Positions 1 through 11,400 of a stretch of 45,780 nt of DNA are shown in pieces; the first letter of the stretch is position 1, and each line of letters starts with the position of its first letter. The stretch is taken from assembly GCA_034722055.1 (NCBI GenBank), contig JAYENL010000149.1, positions 8,427 to 54,206 of the forward strand, in the 5' to 3' direction. Source of the stretch: Armatimonadota bacterium (lineage in GTDB: Bacteria > Armatimonadota > Zipacnadia > Zipacnadales > UBA5352). The translations under genes and the position numbers were made by a program. A model generated the notes under the pieces. The model saw only the letters and a list, made by a program, of their open reading frames with translations. It did no database searches and had not been told where the DNA came from.

Positions 1-906
1 AGCGCTCTGTGGAGGCTGATATCGGAGGAGTGGTCGCGTATCGGGGACACGGAAGCCTACACTGTCCAGCTCTCCCCACAGGGCAACTACCTTGCGGCCT
101 GGAGCTTCATCATGGACGTTCGGAGCGGCAGAAAGGTATGGTCAACCACTGCCGACGACACGTCGAGTGAGGTGGTCGCCTGGGCGACCGATGAAACGGC
201 CGCCTGGGTGAGATTCTGGTCGTACGGCGCCGACCCCGACCGCATCGAGCGCGTCTCATTGCCATCAGGAGAGGCCGAGACCGTCGTCGAGGATGCACCG
301 TTGATCTGCCAACTGTCGCCGGACGGTCGCTTCCTCGCCTCGGAGAACCCTCCGCAGAAGGCTCCCTACGCGCATGTGGCAGCAGTCGGGAATCCTGATC
401 GTAGACTCCGCCTGCCCGGTCACCGCCTCGCCAGCGAGACGTGGAGCCCGAATGGACGTTATCTGTGGACGACCGGCCCCGAGGGTATAGCCGTGGTGGA
501 TGCCGAGGCGATGGAGACCGTGACGCAGATCAGCGCGGAGCGGCTGGGGGTCCCACTGGAGGACTGGTCGGAGCAGATCGATCCGCTGGGGCTGCGTCCA
601 GCGAACTGGACGCCGGATGGCTCGCGCGTGGCTTTCTTGGCGGGGAGTATTCAGAACAGGGACATTCCAGTAGAGGAGGCAGAGTCCGGCCGATCCCCAC
701 AGCATCTGGTCGTGGCCTCGGATGATGGAGCTACTCTTCATGAAGTGACGCGGTGCGACGCCCAGCCTGTGTGGGTGGCGGGCTGGCTGTCCGATCAGCA
801 TGTCCTGCTGGTCGAGGATCACGAGCGACTGTCGCGGGTAGAGGTGAGCTCCGGTGACCGCGAGGTGATATTCACCGCGCCAGGAGCAGCGTCTGGGGGC
901 AAGTGA
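1..906 (+). CDS. Partial (5'-truncated) TolB/PD40-like beta-propeller protein
   Basis: Frame 1 is open from base 1 (SALWRLISEEW...). Repeated propeller motifs LSPQGNYLA, LSPDGRFLA, WSPNGRYL, WTPDGSRVAF; stop at 904-906. Confidence 0.7.
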   Translation, partial: SALWRLISEEWSRIGDTEAYTVQLSPQGNYLAAWSFIMDVRSGRKVWSTTADDTSSEVVAWATDETAAWVRFWSYGADPDRIERVSLPSGEAETVVEDAPLICQLSPDGRFLASENPPQKAPYAHVAAVGNPDRRLRLPGHRLASETWSPNGRYLWTTGPEGIAVVDAEAMETVTQISAERLGVPLEDWSEQIDPLGLRPANWTPDGSRVAFLAGSIQNRDIPVEEAESGRSPQHLVVASDDGATLHEVTRCDAQPVWVAGWLSDQHVLLVEDHERLSRVEVSSGDREVIFTAPGAASGGK

Positions 907-1165
907 ACCGCAGAGGCCAGACAAGCCAACTCGGAACTTCATCCTCAATGAGGGCAGCCACCTCAGTTGATCGCTACATCACCGACAGCTGCTTCGCCTC
1001 GCAAAGCCGGATGGTCGCCGAGCCGCCCGATCCGCTTGTGGCCCGGCTGCATGCCGTGCCGCTCGGTACGCTACTCCGCACTCACTGTAGCATGCCGCCG
1101 GGGAGGTGCGCGGGGGCATGGACGGAACTGGCTCTCAGCAGCCACCGAACCAGCGAGGTGCGTTC

Positions 1166-2689
1166 ATGCCCAGCGTGGCCTTCGACAATGAGCGGTACCT
1201 CGCCGAGCAGACCGCGGCGATCCTCGAGCGCGTCGAGCAGTTCGAGGGCAAGCTCTACCTGGAGTTCGGCGGCAAGCTGACCTTCGACTTTCACGCCGCC
1301 CGCGTGCTGCCCGGCTACGATCCCAATGTGAAGATGCGCCTGCTGCAGGGCCTGCGCGACCAGATCGAGGTGGTGTTCTGCGTCTACTCCGATGACCTCG
1401 AGCGCGGGCGCATCCGCGGCGACTTCGGCATGACTTACGACCTGGCGACGCTGCGGGCCATTGACGATCTGCGCGACTGGGGCATCGCCACCTCGGCGCT
1501 GGTGCTCACTCGCCACAGTGAGGGCCCGGCGTCCGAGCGCCTGGCGCGGCAGGTGCAGTCCAAGGGCATCGCGGTCTACCTGCACGCGGAGATCCCCGGC
1601 TACCCCAACGACGTGGAGTTCGTGGTCTCCGAGGCGGGCTACGGGCAGAACGCCTACGTCGAGACGCGGGCTCCCATCGTGGTGGTGACCGGAACCGGGC
1701 CCGGCAGCGGGAAGATGTCCACCTGCCTGTGCCAGCTCTACCACGATCACCGGCGCGGCCTCGATTCAGGCTACGCCAAGTTCGAGACCTTCCCGATCTG
1801 GAACCTGCCGGTCGAGCACCCGGTGAACGTGGCCTACGAGGCGGCGACCGCCGACCTGGGCGACATCGTCATGGTGGACTCGTTCCACCTGGAGGCCTAC
1901 GGGGAGACCGCGGTCAACTACAACCGCGACATCGAGAGCTTCCCGCTCCTCAAGGCCATCATCGACCGCATCGCCGCCGACAACGGGCGGAGCGTGCCCT
2001 ACCAGTCACCGACCGACATGGGCGTGAACCGGACCTACTCGGGGATCATCGACGATGCGCTGGTGCGGGAGGCCTCGACCCAGGAGGTCATCCGGCGCTA
2101 CTTCCGCTACAGCCGCGAGGTCAGCCAGGGGCTGTGCCCCCCGCAGGCGGTGCGGCGCACCGAGCTGCTCATGGCGCGGCTGGGAGTGAGCCCGACCGAC
2201 CGGCCGGTGGTGACGCCCGCGCATGAGGCGGCGGTGGACGCCGAGGAGCGGCAGAAGGGCAACGATGGCTTCTACTGCGGGGCGGCGCTGCAACTCCACG
2301 ACGGGACGGTGGTGGCGGGCAGCAACTCCACGCTGCTCCACTCGGCCTCGGCGGCGCTGATCAAGGGCATCAAGCACCTGGCGGGCATCCCCGCGCACAT
2401 CCACCTGCTGCCCGCGGACGTGGTCGGCGATCTGACAGAGCTGAAGGCCAACTACCTGGGCTCGACCTCGCCGAGCCTGAACGTGCAGGAGGTGCTGATC
2501 GCGCTGGGGATCACGGCGGGGAGCAATCCGGCGGCCCGCGCGGGGATCGAGATGCTGCCGCAGTTGCGCGGAACGCAGATGCACCTCACCCACGAGCCCG
2601 GGACCGGCGACGAGAACGGTCTGCGCAAGCTCGGCATCTCGATGACCACCGACGCGCGGGCGACCTCGACGGGGTACTTCCTCCGCTGA
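1166..2689 (+). CDS. DUF1846 (UPF0371) family protein with P-loop
   Basis: Family signatures FDNERYL..Q...ILER, KLYLEFGGKL, GPGSGKMSTCL.QLYH, GYAKFETFPIWNLP, YQSPTDMGVN. SD GAGGTG precedes ATG 1166. Confidence 0.9.
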   Translation: MPSVAFDNERYLAEQTAAILERVEQFEGKLYLEFGGKLTFDFHAARVLPGYDPNVKMRLLQGLRDQIEVVFCVYSDDLERGRIRGDFGMTYDLATLRAIDDLRDWGIATSALVLTRHSEGPASERLARQVQSKGIAVYLHAEIPGYPNDVEFVVSEAGYGQNAYVETRAPIVVVTGTGPGSGKMSTCLCQLYHDHRRGLDSGYAKFETFPIWNLPVEHPVNVAYEAATADLGDIVMVDSFHLEAYGETAVNYNRDIESFPLLKAIIDRIAADNGRSVPYQSPTDMGVNRTYSGIIDDALVREASTQEVIRRYFRYSREVSQGLCPPQAVRRTELLMARLGVSPTDRPVVTPAHEAAVDAEERQKGNDGFYCGAALQLHDGTVVAGSNSTLLHSASAALIKGIKHLAGIPAHIHLLPADVVGDLTELKANYLGSTSPSLNVQEVLIALGITAGSNPAARAGIEMLPQLRGTQMHLTHEPGTGDENGLRKLGISMTTDARATSTGYFLR

Positions 2690-2863
2690 GCCGCACGTCA
2701 GGTGCGCCGGGTTTCGGCGCCGATGACCCGCGGATCGGGAGCGAGGTCGCGACCATAAGCAGGTGACCCGACGGACCGCAGTGGACCCAGGCGCAATGGT
2801 GGAACGAACCTGGGTCGCTGACGATCCGCCCGCGAGAGAGGAGGGATCTCGGCTGTCGCCCTT

Positions 2864-3144
2864 TCAGGTCCTGCGTCGTCGGATCAGGAGACTCCCACTC
2901 CTGCCGTCGCGGCCAACAGGATCCAGGTCGCGGGCTCCGGAGTCGCCAGTGAGTTGGTTGTGTCTTCTCCAGACGCACTATCGTATTGAGTGATGGTTGG
3001 CGGACCAAGGCCAACTGTGTCGTCGCTCAGGGGGGCAGGCACTGGGGCTCCCTTCCCTGATGCTCTACCGGCGTTGGGGGCCAGTATCTCTGCGAGCTCG
3101 TCATGGATCGGAGCGGCGGTCGGGGCCTTCGAGTGACTCCTCAC
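2864..3144 (-). pseudogene. PEP-CTERM sorting-signal remnant with a 1-nt frameshift
   Basis: ORF ends ...ATPEPATWILLAATAGVGVS*. The adjacent frame continues LLIRRRRT* (TGA 2864-2866), completing a canonical PEP-CTERM tail. No signal peptide or full-length body is visible upstream. Confidence 0.7.
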
Positions 3145-3240
3145 TACGGCATCCGATGAGCGACCTGACCTATCCTAACGCACAGGACTGCCGAAGCTCA
3201 CAGCAGCGTCCCGCCTCTCTACCTGAAGCTTTCGGAGGTA

Positions 3241-6036
3241 ATGTTCATGCGCACCGCTGCCGCCATCCTCGCCGTCGCGATCTGTGGTCCACTCAGCGCA
3301 CAGGAGATCGCGCGCCGGCAGGTTCCGAACTGGAGCTTCGAGGCCGGCGAGGAAGCTCCGGATGCCTGGACGTGGCGAGCTGCTGAGGGGTCAGATGGGG
3401 AGTTCGAGTGGCTCGATGACGTCTCCCGCGACGGTGATCACTCTTTCCGTGTGGCCAAGATCGGCGCCGTCGGGTTCACGGTGCTGCTCAGCGACTTCGT
3501 GGAGGTCGAGGCAGGAGAGACCTACCGCGTCAGTGCTCGCGTGTGGCCCTTCCACAACGTGCGGCGCGGCGTCTACCTGATGATCAGCCAGCACACGGCC
3601 GACAGCGGCGATCAGCAGCTCCCGAACACCTTCGGGACGGTGCACCTCCCGCTCGAGGCAAAGCGCTGGCAGGAGGTCACGGCGAAGGTGGAGGTGCGGG
3701 AGGGCAACTCGCGCATCCGCGTGCACTGTCTGCAGGCCTTCCGGGCGTCTGATGTGGCGTGGGACGCCGTGACGGTCGTGCCCGCGGGCGAGGAGACTGA
3801 GCCTGAGCCGCGCTACGAGGAGCCCGTTCCGGAGGAGCTTCCGCCACTGGAGCCCGCCATGGCGCGGGTCGCCCAGCGGCCGCGGGCCGCAGTCGAGGTG
3901 ACGCGAGAGCATCGCCGGCCGCGCCTGTTCCTGGACGGGACGCCGACTCCGTGGGCCTGGTACGTGGGGCCCTTTCACACGCCCGACGACGCGCATGTCG
4001 CGGACTTCCGGGACGCAGGCGTCCGGGTCTATCTGGCCTCACTGGTCCTCGGCAGGGACGTCTACGGCGAGCGTGGGCCCTGGAGGGGCCCGGATCAGTT
4101 CGACTTCTCCGAGGTGGACGAGCGGCTCCAGCGCATCCTGCGCGTGGACCCGGAGGGCTATATCATCTTCTACCTGGCCTGTGATGCGTACCGCGAGTGG
4201 GGGGCCGAGAATCCCGATCATGTGACGCAGGATCAGGACGGCCTGCCCGCCATCGTGGATATGCACCCGAAGCGATGGGGCGGCGACCCGCCCGAGGGTC
4301 GCGAGCGCTACGGGCCCAGCCTCGTCTCGCAGAAGCTGCGCGAAGAGACAGCGGACGCACTTCGGCGACTGGTGGCGCACGTTGAGTCCAGCGAAGCCGG
4401 GAAGGCTGTGATCGGCTACCATGTGGCCGGCTACAATGACGGCCAGTGGTTCCAGTGGGCTCAGCTCGCGGGCGACGAGGTCCACCTGGCGGACTACTCC
4501 CCGGCGGCTGTGGCGAGCTTCCGGGACTGGCTCCGCCGGCGCTACGATGGCGACCTGGCCGCGCTGCGGGCAGCGTGGAACCAGCCGCAGGTGACCTTCG
4601 AGAGCGCGGAGCCGCCGGGCTTCGAGCGCTACTGGACGGAGCCGAGCGGGCTGCTCGATCCAGCGAGAGACGGCGATATCGCCGACTGGACCCGGTTCTA
4701 CTCCGAGGGCCCGGCCGAGACGGTGATGTTCCTGGCGGACGTGCTCAAGGAGGCAACCCCCCGCCCGATCATCTGCGGCACGTACTACGAAGACATTACC
4801 TGCAACTCGTCCAACCACATCGCTCTGGGGCGCTTCCTGGCCGGTGACGCCATCGACTGGTTCGCCGGACCGGCGGCCTACCTCATCCGCATGCCGGGCT
4901 ACCAGAGCGCGGTGCGGTCGGTCTTCGGCTCGGTCCTGCACCACGGGCGGACCTACCTAACCGAGCAGGACTGGCGCTCGTGGCTGTCTGTGCCCCGCAC
5001 GGCCGCACAGAACTTCGCGTGGGGGCGCGCGAAGACTGCCCCGGCGCACAACGCCATGGTCCGGCGTGAGTGCGGGATGGCACTGGCCTTCGGCACGGGC
5101 ACGTGGTGGTATGACATGAGCGGGGGCTGGTTCGCGGATGACGGGATCATGCGCGGGATCGCTGAGGCGATCGACGCGTTCCAGCGCGACCTGTCGATTG
5201 AGGGCATGCCGGGCGCGGACATGGCGGTGATCGTCAGCGAGGACAGCAACCACTGGGTCGCGCCGAAGGACGGCGGCCCGTTCCGCTACGAGGGCGTGAA
5301 GGCCCAGGTCGAGGAGCTAAACGTCGGCGGGGTGCCCTATCGAGTCTACCTGCAGTCGGACCTGCCCACCATTCCCGATCACCGCCTGTACATCTTCGCG
5401 AACCCCTACCGCATCAGCGAGGCCGAGCGGGCCGCGATCGAGCGGCTCAAGAGCCACGGCCGGACGCTGGTGTTCATGCACGCCCCCGGCGCGGTCACCG
5501 ACGGCGACGCCGCAGAGGCCGTCTCGCGGATCACGGGGATCGAGGTCGAGGCGCTGCCTGACCGGCCGGATCTCAACGCCCGGGTCATTGACGGCGCGCA
5601 CCCGCTTGTGACGGACCTGCCAGCGGGTATCGCGCTGCCGGGCACGATCAGGGAGCCGGCCTTCGCGGTGACGGATGCGGAGGCAACTCCGCTGGCGACC
5701 TACGTGGGCTCGGAGGCGGTGGCGGCGGCGCTGAGGGAGTTCGATGGCTGGCGCTCGGTCTACGTCTGCCCGCCACATCTGACCGCGGACTTCGCGAACC
5801 GCTTGGCACGCCTGGCGGGCTGCTGGGTGGCGGCCGAGCCGGGCAACGCGGTCTACGCCAACGAGCACTTCATCACGGTGCACGCGATCTTCGGCGGCCC
5901 GGAGACGCTGACGCTGGCGCGCCCCTCGCGCGTGACGGACCTGACCACCGGCGAGGTCATCGCCGAACGCACCGAGAGGATCGAGCTGGAGCTCACCCGC
6001 GGGGAGACGCGCTGGTTCGCGCTGCAGCCGAGGTGA
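3241..6036 (+). CDS. Secreted GH42-like (beta-galactosidase-like) glycoside hydrolase with N-terminal CBM4/9-like domain
   Basis: Signal peptide (MFMRTAAAILAVAICGPLSA); NWSFE CBM start; DYSPAAVASFRDWLRRRY..LAALRAAW motif; C-terminal trimerisation-like domain; SD GGAGGT. Confidence 0.75.
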   Translation: MFMRTAAAILAVAICGPLSAQEIARRQVPNWSFEAGEEAPDAWTWRAAEGSDGEFEWLDDVSRDGDHSFRVAKIGAVGFTVLLSDFVEVEAGETYRVSARVWPFHNVRRGVYLMISQHTADSGDQQLPNTFGTVHLPLEAKRWQEVTAKVEVREGNSRIRVHCLQAFRASDVAWDAVTVVPAGEETEPEPRYEEPVPEELPPLEPAMARVAQRPRAAVEVTREHRRPRLFLDGTPTPWAWYVGPFHTPDDAHVADFRDAGVRVYLASLVLGRDVYGERGPWRGPDQFDFSEVDERLQRILRVDPEGYIIFYLACDAYREWGAENPDHVTQDQDGLPAIVDMHPKRWGGDPPEGRERYGPSLVSQKLREETADALRRLVAHVESSEAGKAVIGYHVAGYNDGQWFQWAQLAGDEVHLADYSPAAVASFRDWLRRRYDGDLAALRAAWNQPQVTFESAEPPGFERYWTEPSGLLDPARDGDIADWTRFYSEGPAETVMFLADVLKEATPRPIICGTYYEDITCNSSNHIALGRFLAGDAIDWFAGPAAYLIRMPGYQSAVRSVFGSVLHHGRTYLTEQDWRSWLSVPRTAAQNFAWGRAKTAPAHNAMVRRECGMALAFGTGTWWYDMSGGWFADDGIMRGIAEAIDAFQRDLSIEGMPGADMAVIVSEDSNHWVAPKDGGPFRYEGVKAQVEELNVGGVPYRVYLQSDLPTIPDHRLYIFANPYRISEAERAAIERLKSHGRTLVFMHAPGAVTDGDAAEAVSRITGIEVEALPDRPDLNARVIDGAHPLVTDLPAGIALPGTIREPAFAVTDAEATPLATYVGSEAVAAALREFDGWRSVYVCPPHLTADFANRLARLAGCWVAAEPGNAVYANEHFITVHAIFGGPETLTLARPSRVTDLTTGEVIAERTERIELELTRGETRWFALQPR

Positions 6037-6389
6037 GCGGCCGGTCCGACCGCAACGCGGCCGCGGATCGCAGATGGCAACGTGCGCGAGGCGCTGGCTG
6101 GGGGGCTTTTGCGCCTGCGGCGCCGCGGTCAGGCCTCGCCGAAGCGCTCGTGCAGATCGTCGGCGGCCCGGAGAGGCTGCGCCTGGTTCTCCGCCCTGGT
6201 ATGGACGTCACGCTTCGCTGTCTGGGATGCGTCGCTGTAACCAGTACGTTCTCCTCTCGCCGGGTGAGCTGCGTCGGGGACGGCCCGAACGTGATCCTGC
6301 GGGGCAGGTCCGGGTCGTGGTGCCACTGCCGAGCTGATGTCACGTATTCCACTGCAGCTCGCGCAACGGACTCAGGCATGACGTGGGCA

Positions 6390-8486
6390 TCAGCCACGCA
6401 CGATCCTCACGATCCTGTGATCCCTTACGCCGCCGACCACGAATTCCATCCACCCCTCCGCCTCGCGGCACTCAAAGGCTTCGCCGGTCAGCGCATCCTC
6501 CGCGCCCGCGACCTCCCAGCCCGGCCGCACGCGCACCGTGATCGCATCCCGTCGCTCGAACGGGTCCAGGTACATGGCGTCCGTCTGCTTCTGCACGTGG
6601 ATCAGGTGCAGCAGCCACCCGCCCTCGTCCTGCATCAGCGAGTGCTTCACAGACACCGGCGCTTCAATGCGTATCTTCTCCGACACCCCCAGCACTTCGC
6701 GCAGCAGCGCCTCGAAGAGCGCCTTGAGATGCGGGCCGGCCTTCCGCGCATAGCCCTTCAGGACCGGCACCGGGAAGTACACGACCTGCCCCTCGCCGAA
6801 CTCGTTGAGCACGATCCCCGGATGCTTCGTCCGATGCCCCGGTGGCGCGTGGTCGTGGTAGACGTGGTAGCCGGTCTCGAAGTCGCTCTCGATGATGGGG
6901 TCCATGAGCCACGCCAGCGCCCTCGCGCCCTCCCGCAGCTGGACATACATGGGATGGTTCTTCGGGTTCAGCCGACCGCTGGCCTCATCCTTGATCAGCA
7001 GCGGCATCTCCGGCACATGCCCAGCGAGCGCCTCGTCCAGCCCGTCCAGGTAGCAGATGCTGAACTCAGAATCGGTGACGAGGCCCGCGCCGAACAGGTC
7101 CGCCAGCGCGAAGTCCTCCAGCCGCTGCCCGCGCTCGGAGAAGAGCGACGTGTGGTAATTCGCCGCCAGCCTCCCCCCGCCGCGCACGTACTCCCGGAGC
7201 CTGTCGCCAAGGTCATCGCTCACGTGCGGCATGTAAGGCAGCACCAGCAGCTCGTATCGTCTCATCTCCTCCAGCGAGAGGTCCTCGGTGCGAATCTCCC
7301 AGGGCGTGTGCGTCTCCATCAGAAGCTGCGCCAGCGCCTCCTCGTTCGAGTGTTGCTCCATGCGCAGATGCGCTGTCTCCTCCCGCTGCGCGATGGCCTG
7401 CAGCAGCCGGTTGTTGTACGCCGAGTGGAGGCTCGCGACCACCGGGACCGGCCGCCGGTCGCGGCACAGATCCTCGCGCTGGGCAACCCAGTCGAAGGCC
7501 TCGGCGATCGTGTCCCACACCACAGGCGGGACCTTGCCCGCGTAGTCGCCGCAGGGGTAGGGCACGTGGTTGATATTCAGCGCACCCGAATGTGACATCG
7601 CGATCGCCGCCAGCCCCTTGATCGTCTCCGGCGTGGTGATCGTCCAGTCCCCCCACGAGCCCTGGCTCTCGGGCATGAAGAGCGTAAAGGGCTTGCCCAG
7701 TCCCTCGCAGTAACGCGATCGATGGTCAGCGTGCAGGTAGCCGGGCGGATGCGCCTCCGTGGACAGGTAGTCCGCGCCCTCATCAAGCGTGGCGGAGATG
7801 GAGACGGGGTTCCCGCAGCCGTTCCACGACCAGCTCAGGCCCTCGCGCTCGCGGTTGCACGCGTCCATGGCATCACGGATGAAGCGCTCCCGCACGTGTG
7901 CCTGGTAGGTGAAGACGTCAAGCCACTGCCCCACGTCAAAACTCTCGGGCTCGAGCGGATACCCGAACATCGCCTGGAAGCCCTGGCGGCAGGCGTCGCA
8001 GAAGCAGCCGCCGGGGGCGAAGTACTGCAGATCGAGGAACCAGCCGTCGATCTGATAGTTGCGCGTCACCTCCGCCATGTGAGCGTTGACCATCTCGCTG
8101 AACTGAGCGTTGCTCATGCACGAGCAGGGATACCCGCACAGCAGCAGCGGCTCGCCGTCGGGCCTGACCTGGCGCCACCCGGGTTTGAGCTCCGCCAGCT
8201 CCCAGCTCAGGACCATGTTGTAGTACGCGATCATCTCCAGCCCCAGGGCCTTCGTGCGCTTCACGATCTCGCCGAAGATGTCGCCGCTCATGGCCGGGTT
8301 CGTGATCCCCACTTCGGTGGGGGCGAAGCTGCCGCCGTGCGCGGTCTTCACCTGAAAGATCAGGGCCTCGGCGCCAGTGCGCTCGATCTGCTCGAAGTAC
8401 TCGTCAAAGTCGATGGTGACCTCGGGCAGGAAGTTGGGCATATGCCAGTCGCAGAACAGCATCCGGGTGCTCAGCCGGCAGGCCAT
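6390..8486 (-). CDS. Glycoside hydrolase-like 6 / alpha-L-fucosidase-like protein with beta-galactosidase trimerisation domain
   Basis: DWHMP, KTAHGGSFAPT, YQIDGWFLD, CFCDAC motifs; C-terminal YELLVLP...LREYVRGGG...GEGQVVYF. No signal peptide. Confidence 0.7.
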   Translation of the reverse strand: MACRLSTRMLFCDWHMPNFLPEVTIDFDEYFEQIERTGAEALIFQVKTAHGGSFAPTEVGITNPAMSGDIFGEIVKRTKALGLEMIAYYNMVLSWELAELKPGWRQVRPDGEPLLLCGYPCSCMSNAQFSEMVNAHMAEVTRNYQIDGWFLDLQYFAPGGCFCDACRQGFQAMFGYPLEPESFDVGQWLDVFTYQAHVRERFIRDAMDACNREREGLSWSWNGCGNPVSISATLDEGADYLSTEAHPPGYLHADHRSRYCEGLGKPFTLFMPESQGSWGDWTITTPETIKGLAAIAMSHSGALNINHVPYPCGDYAGKVPPVVWDTIAEAFDWVAQREDLCRDRRPVPVVASLHSAYNNRLLQAIAQREETAHLRMEQHSNEEALAQLLMETHTPWEIRTEDLSLEEMRRYELLVLPYMPHVSDDLGDRLREYVRGGGRLAANYHTSLFSERGQRLEDFALADLFGAGLVTDSEFSICYLDGLDEALAGHVPEMPLLIKDEASGRLNPKNHPMYVQLREGARALAWLMDPIIESDFETGYHVYHDHAPPGHRTKHPGIVLNEFGEGQVVYFPVPVLKGYARKAGPHLKALFEALLREVLGVSEKIRIEAPVSVKHSLMQDEGGWLLHLIHVQKQTDAMYLDPFERRDAITVRVRPGWEVAGAEDALTGEAFECREAEGWMEFVVGGVRDHRIVRIVRG

Positions 8487-8492
8487 CCCCTG

Positions 8493-11400
8493 TCACTCCC
8501 GTGACCGCATCATGTGCCTTGCGGCGCCCCCTTCGCCAGCACCTGGGCGAGACCTGTTCGGGTTGTCCCAGGGGGCGAAGTTCCAGTTTGCGAACAGATT
8601 CGTGGCTGCGCGATCCACGGCGGGCGTCTGCGGCAGCACAGCCACCGCATCAAACCACGTGCCTGCATCTGCAGCGAGGCTCAGGCGATGCCCGCCCGCA
8701 CCCAACTCGGGGCCGGCGATCCTGTACCACGCCCACTGCTCATCCTCGTCAGGGTAGTGTACGAAGCCCTTCGTGTATGCGTGGCGTGGATCGGTCCAGT
8801 CGCCGAACCCGATCATGTGAGAGGTCCTTACCTCGCGGGCGTCACCGCCATCGACCTGGACCGTCACCGCAGACCTGCTGCCCCGGTCCCACCGTCCGCG
8901 GAGCCAGATGACGTAGGAGTCGGCCGCGGGGGCGGTGAAGTCAAAGATCAGCTCACCGTCGCCGTCGAAGCGGACGCCACGCGCGCCGCTGAGCTCTGGC
9001 ACCTCCACGACACTCGCCTCGCCCGCGATGCTGTCGGCCTGCTCCGCCTCCCTGACCAGCGGCGCCCTCGCGACCAGCACCTGCACCGGAATGCGCCGCT
9101 CCGCGTCCCCGTCGCGTACCACGACCTCGAAGCAGTGCACCTGCCCCTCGCCGGCTTGGGCACCGACCACGGTGAACGCCGCACGCGCGCCGGCTCGGGG
9201 CCCGGTCGAGCGCAATCTCTGCTCCTGTGGCTGGCAGTCCCAGCCGTCCGGCAGGCCCTCCAGTCCCACCTCAGCCTCAGTCTCTCGACCGTGCAGGGCG
9301 ACCTCAACCGGGAGCTGGTCGCCGGGGGATACGACGTACAGATTCCGGTGGCTCTCATGGTCGAGGTTGTAGTAGCTGATCGCATTCAGGGACACGCCCA
9401 GGTCGGTGTCATACCGCTCCACCCAGCAGCACCTGGTCTTCACCGGAACGGATACGGGCCCACCGACGAAGGTGATCCGGTTCGCGCCCAGCGAGAGCGC
9501 GCCGGGCAACGACAGCGGCGAGACGACAAAGGTGCTGCGCACGGTCAGACCCGTCACCTCGGCCTCACTGCCGGGCGCGAACGCAAGCTTCAGCCACCAG
9601 GCGTAGCGAGCCATCACATGCTCGCGCAGTCCCACCGCCAGCTCACCGCTCGCGTCCGGATTGCGCCACGCCTCCGTCCAGGTCTGGCCTCCGTCAAAGG
9701 ACAGCGAGAGGATGATCGTCCCCGGCTCCCGGGCCTGGTATGTGCCGGTGACTCGCGCGTCGGAGAAGATGTACGGGCACTCGGCGCGATAGACCAGCCC
9801 CGCCGCCTTATCTGCCGCTTGCGCCTGGAGGGCGGCAGCATCATCGCCGGCCGTCGGTGACATGTTCGTCAACTGCGTCGCCTCGCCGCCGTCCAACGGC
9901 CGGTAGACGATGGCCCCGTTGGCGAAGTAGGGTGGGATCTTGGCAAGCGGTATGGGCTCCCGATCGCCGGTGAGCTCAAACCACCGGCCCTCGTTCTGCC
10001 AGCAGATGCTCGCTTCTTCGCCCGCGCGCAACGGGAAGTGTATGTTGTGCGGGCGCTGGGCCACGCCGAACCTGGGTCCGCCTCCGCGCCCGGGGAAGTA
10101 GGAGTTGAGATTGCCCGGCTGCCGCAGCTTGCAGAACGGGTCCTCGCCCACCTCACGCAGGCCGATGACGCTCTCATTGTCTCGCTCCAGCCAGTACACG
10201 CGCGAGGACAGGTCGTAAAGACGCCAGTCGCCGTCGTAGTAGGCCTGCTCGAACTGATGGTGGGTGCCCGGGGAGTCGTTGGAGGAGATTCCCAGGGCGA
10301 GGAAGAGCTTGCGAAGGGTGAAGTTCAGCGGCCCGCACTGGTCGTACGGGTAGACGTTCAGGGCCTTGAGGAAGACGTAGGACACGCGCGAGCGATGACG
10401 CCCCGAGGGCAGAGTCTCACAGTAGTGGGCGTCGTAGTAGGCGGTGGTGTCGAGCACGTACTGCATGGCAGCGAAGGCCTTCTCCGCGTCGGTCTTCGCA
10501 TCCCCGCCCAGGGTCTCGGCGAGACTGTCCACGCTGAAGGGCACCACGTTGTCGTTGGCCCGCCAGCGCGGAAGCAGAGTCGTCTGCTCACCGGCGCCGT
10601 CGGCACGTTCGAAGGTCACCCACCGCATCAGCGGCTCGTAGTCGCCGTCCACGTCGATGGTGAGCGCATCGTGCTCGCCCGAGACGGTGGTCTCGACCTC
10701 GCGCCGACGATACTCCACGAACCGCGGGTCCGGCACCTCCGTGTCCCTCGACCACCGGTCCACCAGGTTGCGGTCGCCACGATTCTGCTCGAAGAGCCTG
10801 TCGGGCGCGTGTGGTTTGACCGCCACCGTGCGCCTCTGGAGTTCTCCGTCACTGAGGACCTCGAACGGGACCGTCTCGCGCTGCGGGTGCAGCTCACAGC
10901 CGGCGTAGGACCGGACGAAGCGGTCGTCGCCGCCGTGAACCCCGTGCCGCTCGTTCTCGAAGTGCCACAGGGCCCGGGTGTTGTCATCGACCGCGAACTC
11001 CCGGGACTGAGGTGTGAAGTCATCCGTGTACCGCACGACGTCGGAGATGCGGAACTCGTCAAGCACCGCCTCCACCGCGTCGCCCGGCGGCCAGACCTTG
11101 GCGGCCATGCGTCCGCCGATGAAGGCCTGCATGGGGATGGTGCGCCTGTCGGTCTTGTGAATGCCCTGGCCCGCGAAGTCCTCGGGACCGTCCGCCTCGA
11201 GGGTGCTCGGCCAGGGCTCGTCGTCGGGGCCCTCGACCCCCACGCGCGTGCCGTCCACGAAGAGCTGCAGGTGAGCGGTGGTATGGTCCCAGGTGGCGGC
11301 GATGTGGTGCCAGCGGCCCGCCTGCAGCGGGGCCGGGCCGCGCACCGTGTGCAGGTCACGGTTCGAGTCAGATATGGCGAACTCGAGCTGATTGTCGCCA

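Noticed and set aside
907..1165. Possible riboswitch upstream of DUF1846
   Set aside because: Only generic GC-rich pairing; no recognisable aptamer consensus.
6040..6389. Small minus-strand ORFs between convergent hydrolase genes
   Set aside because: No recognisable motif or SD. Could be a remnant, but I cannot support it.
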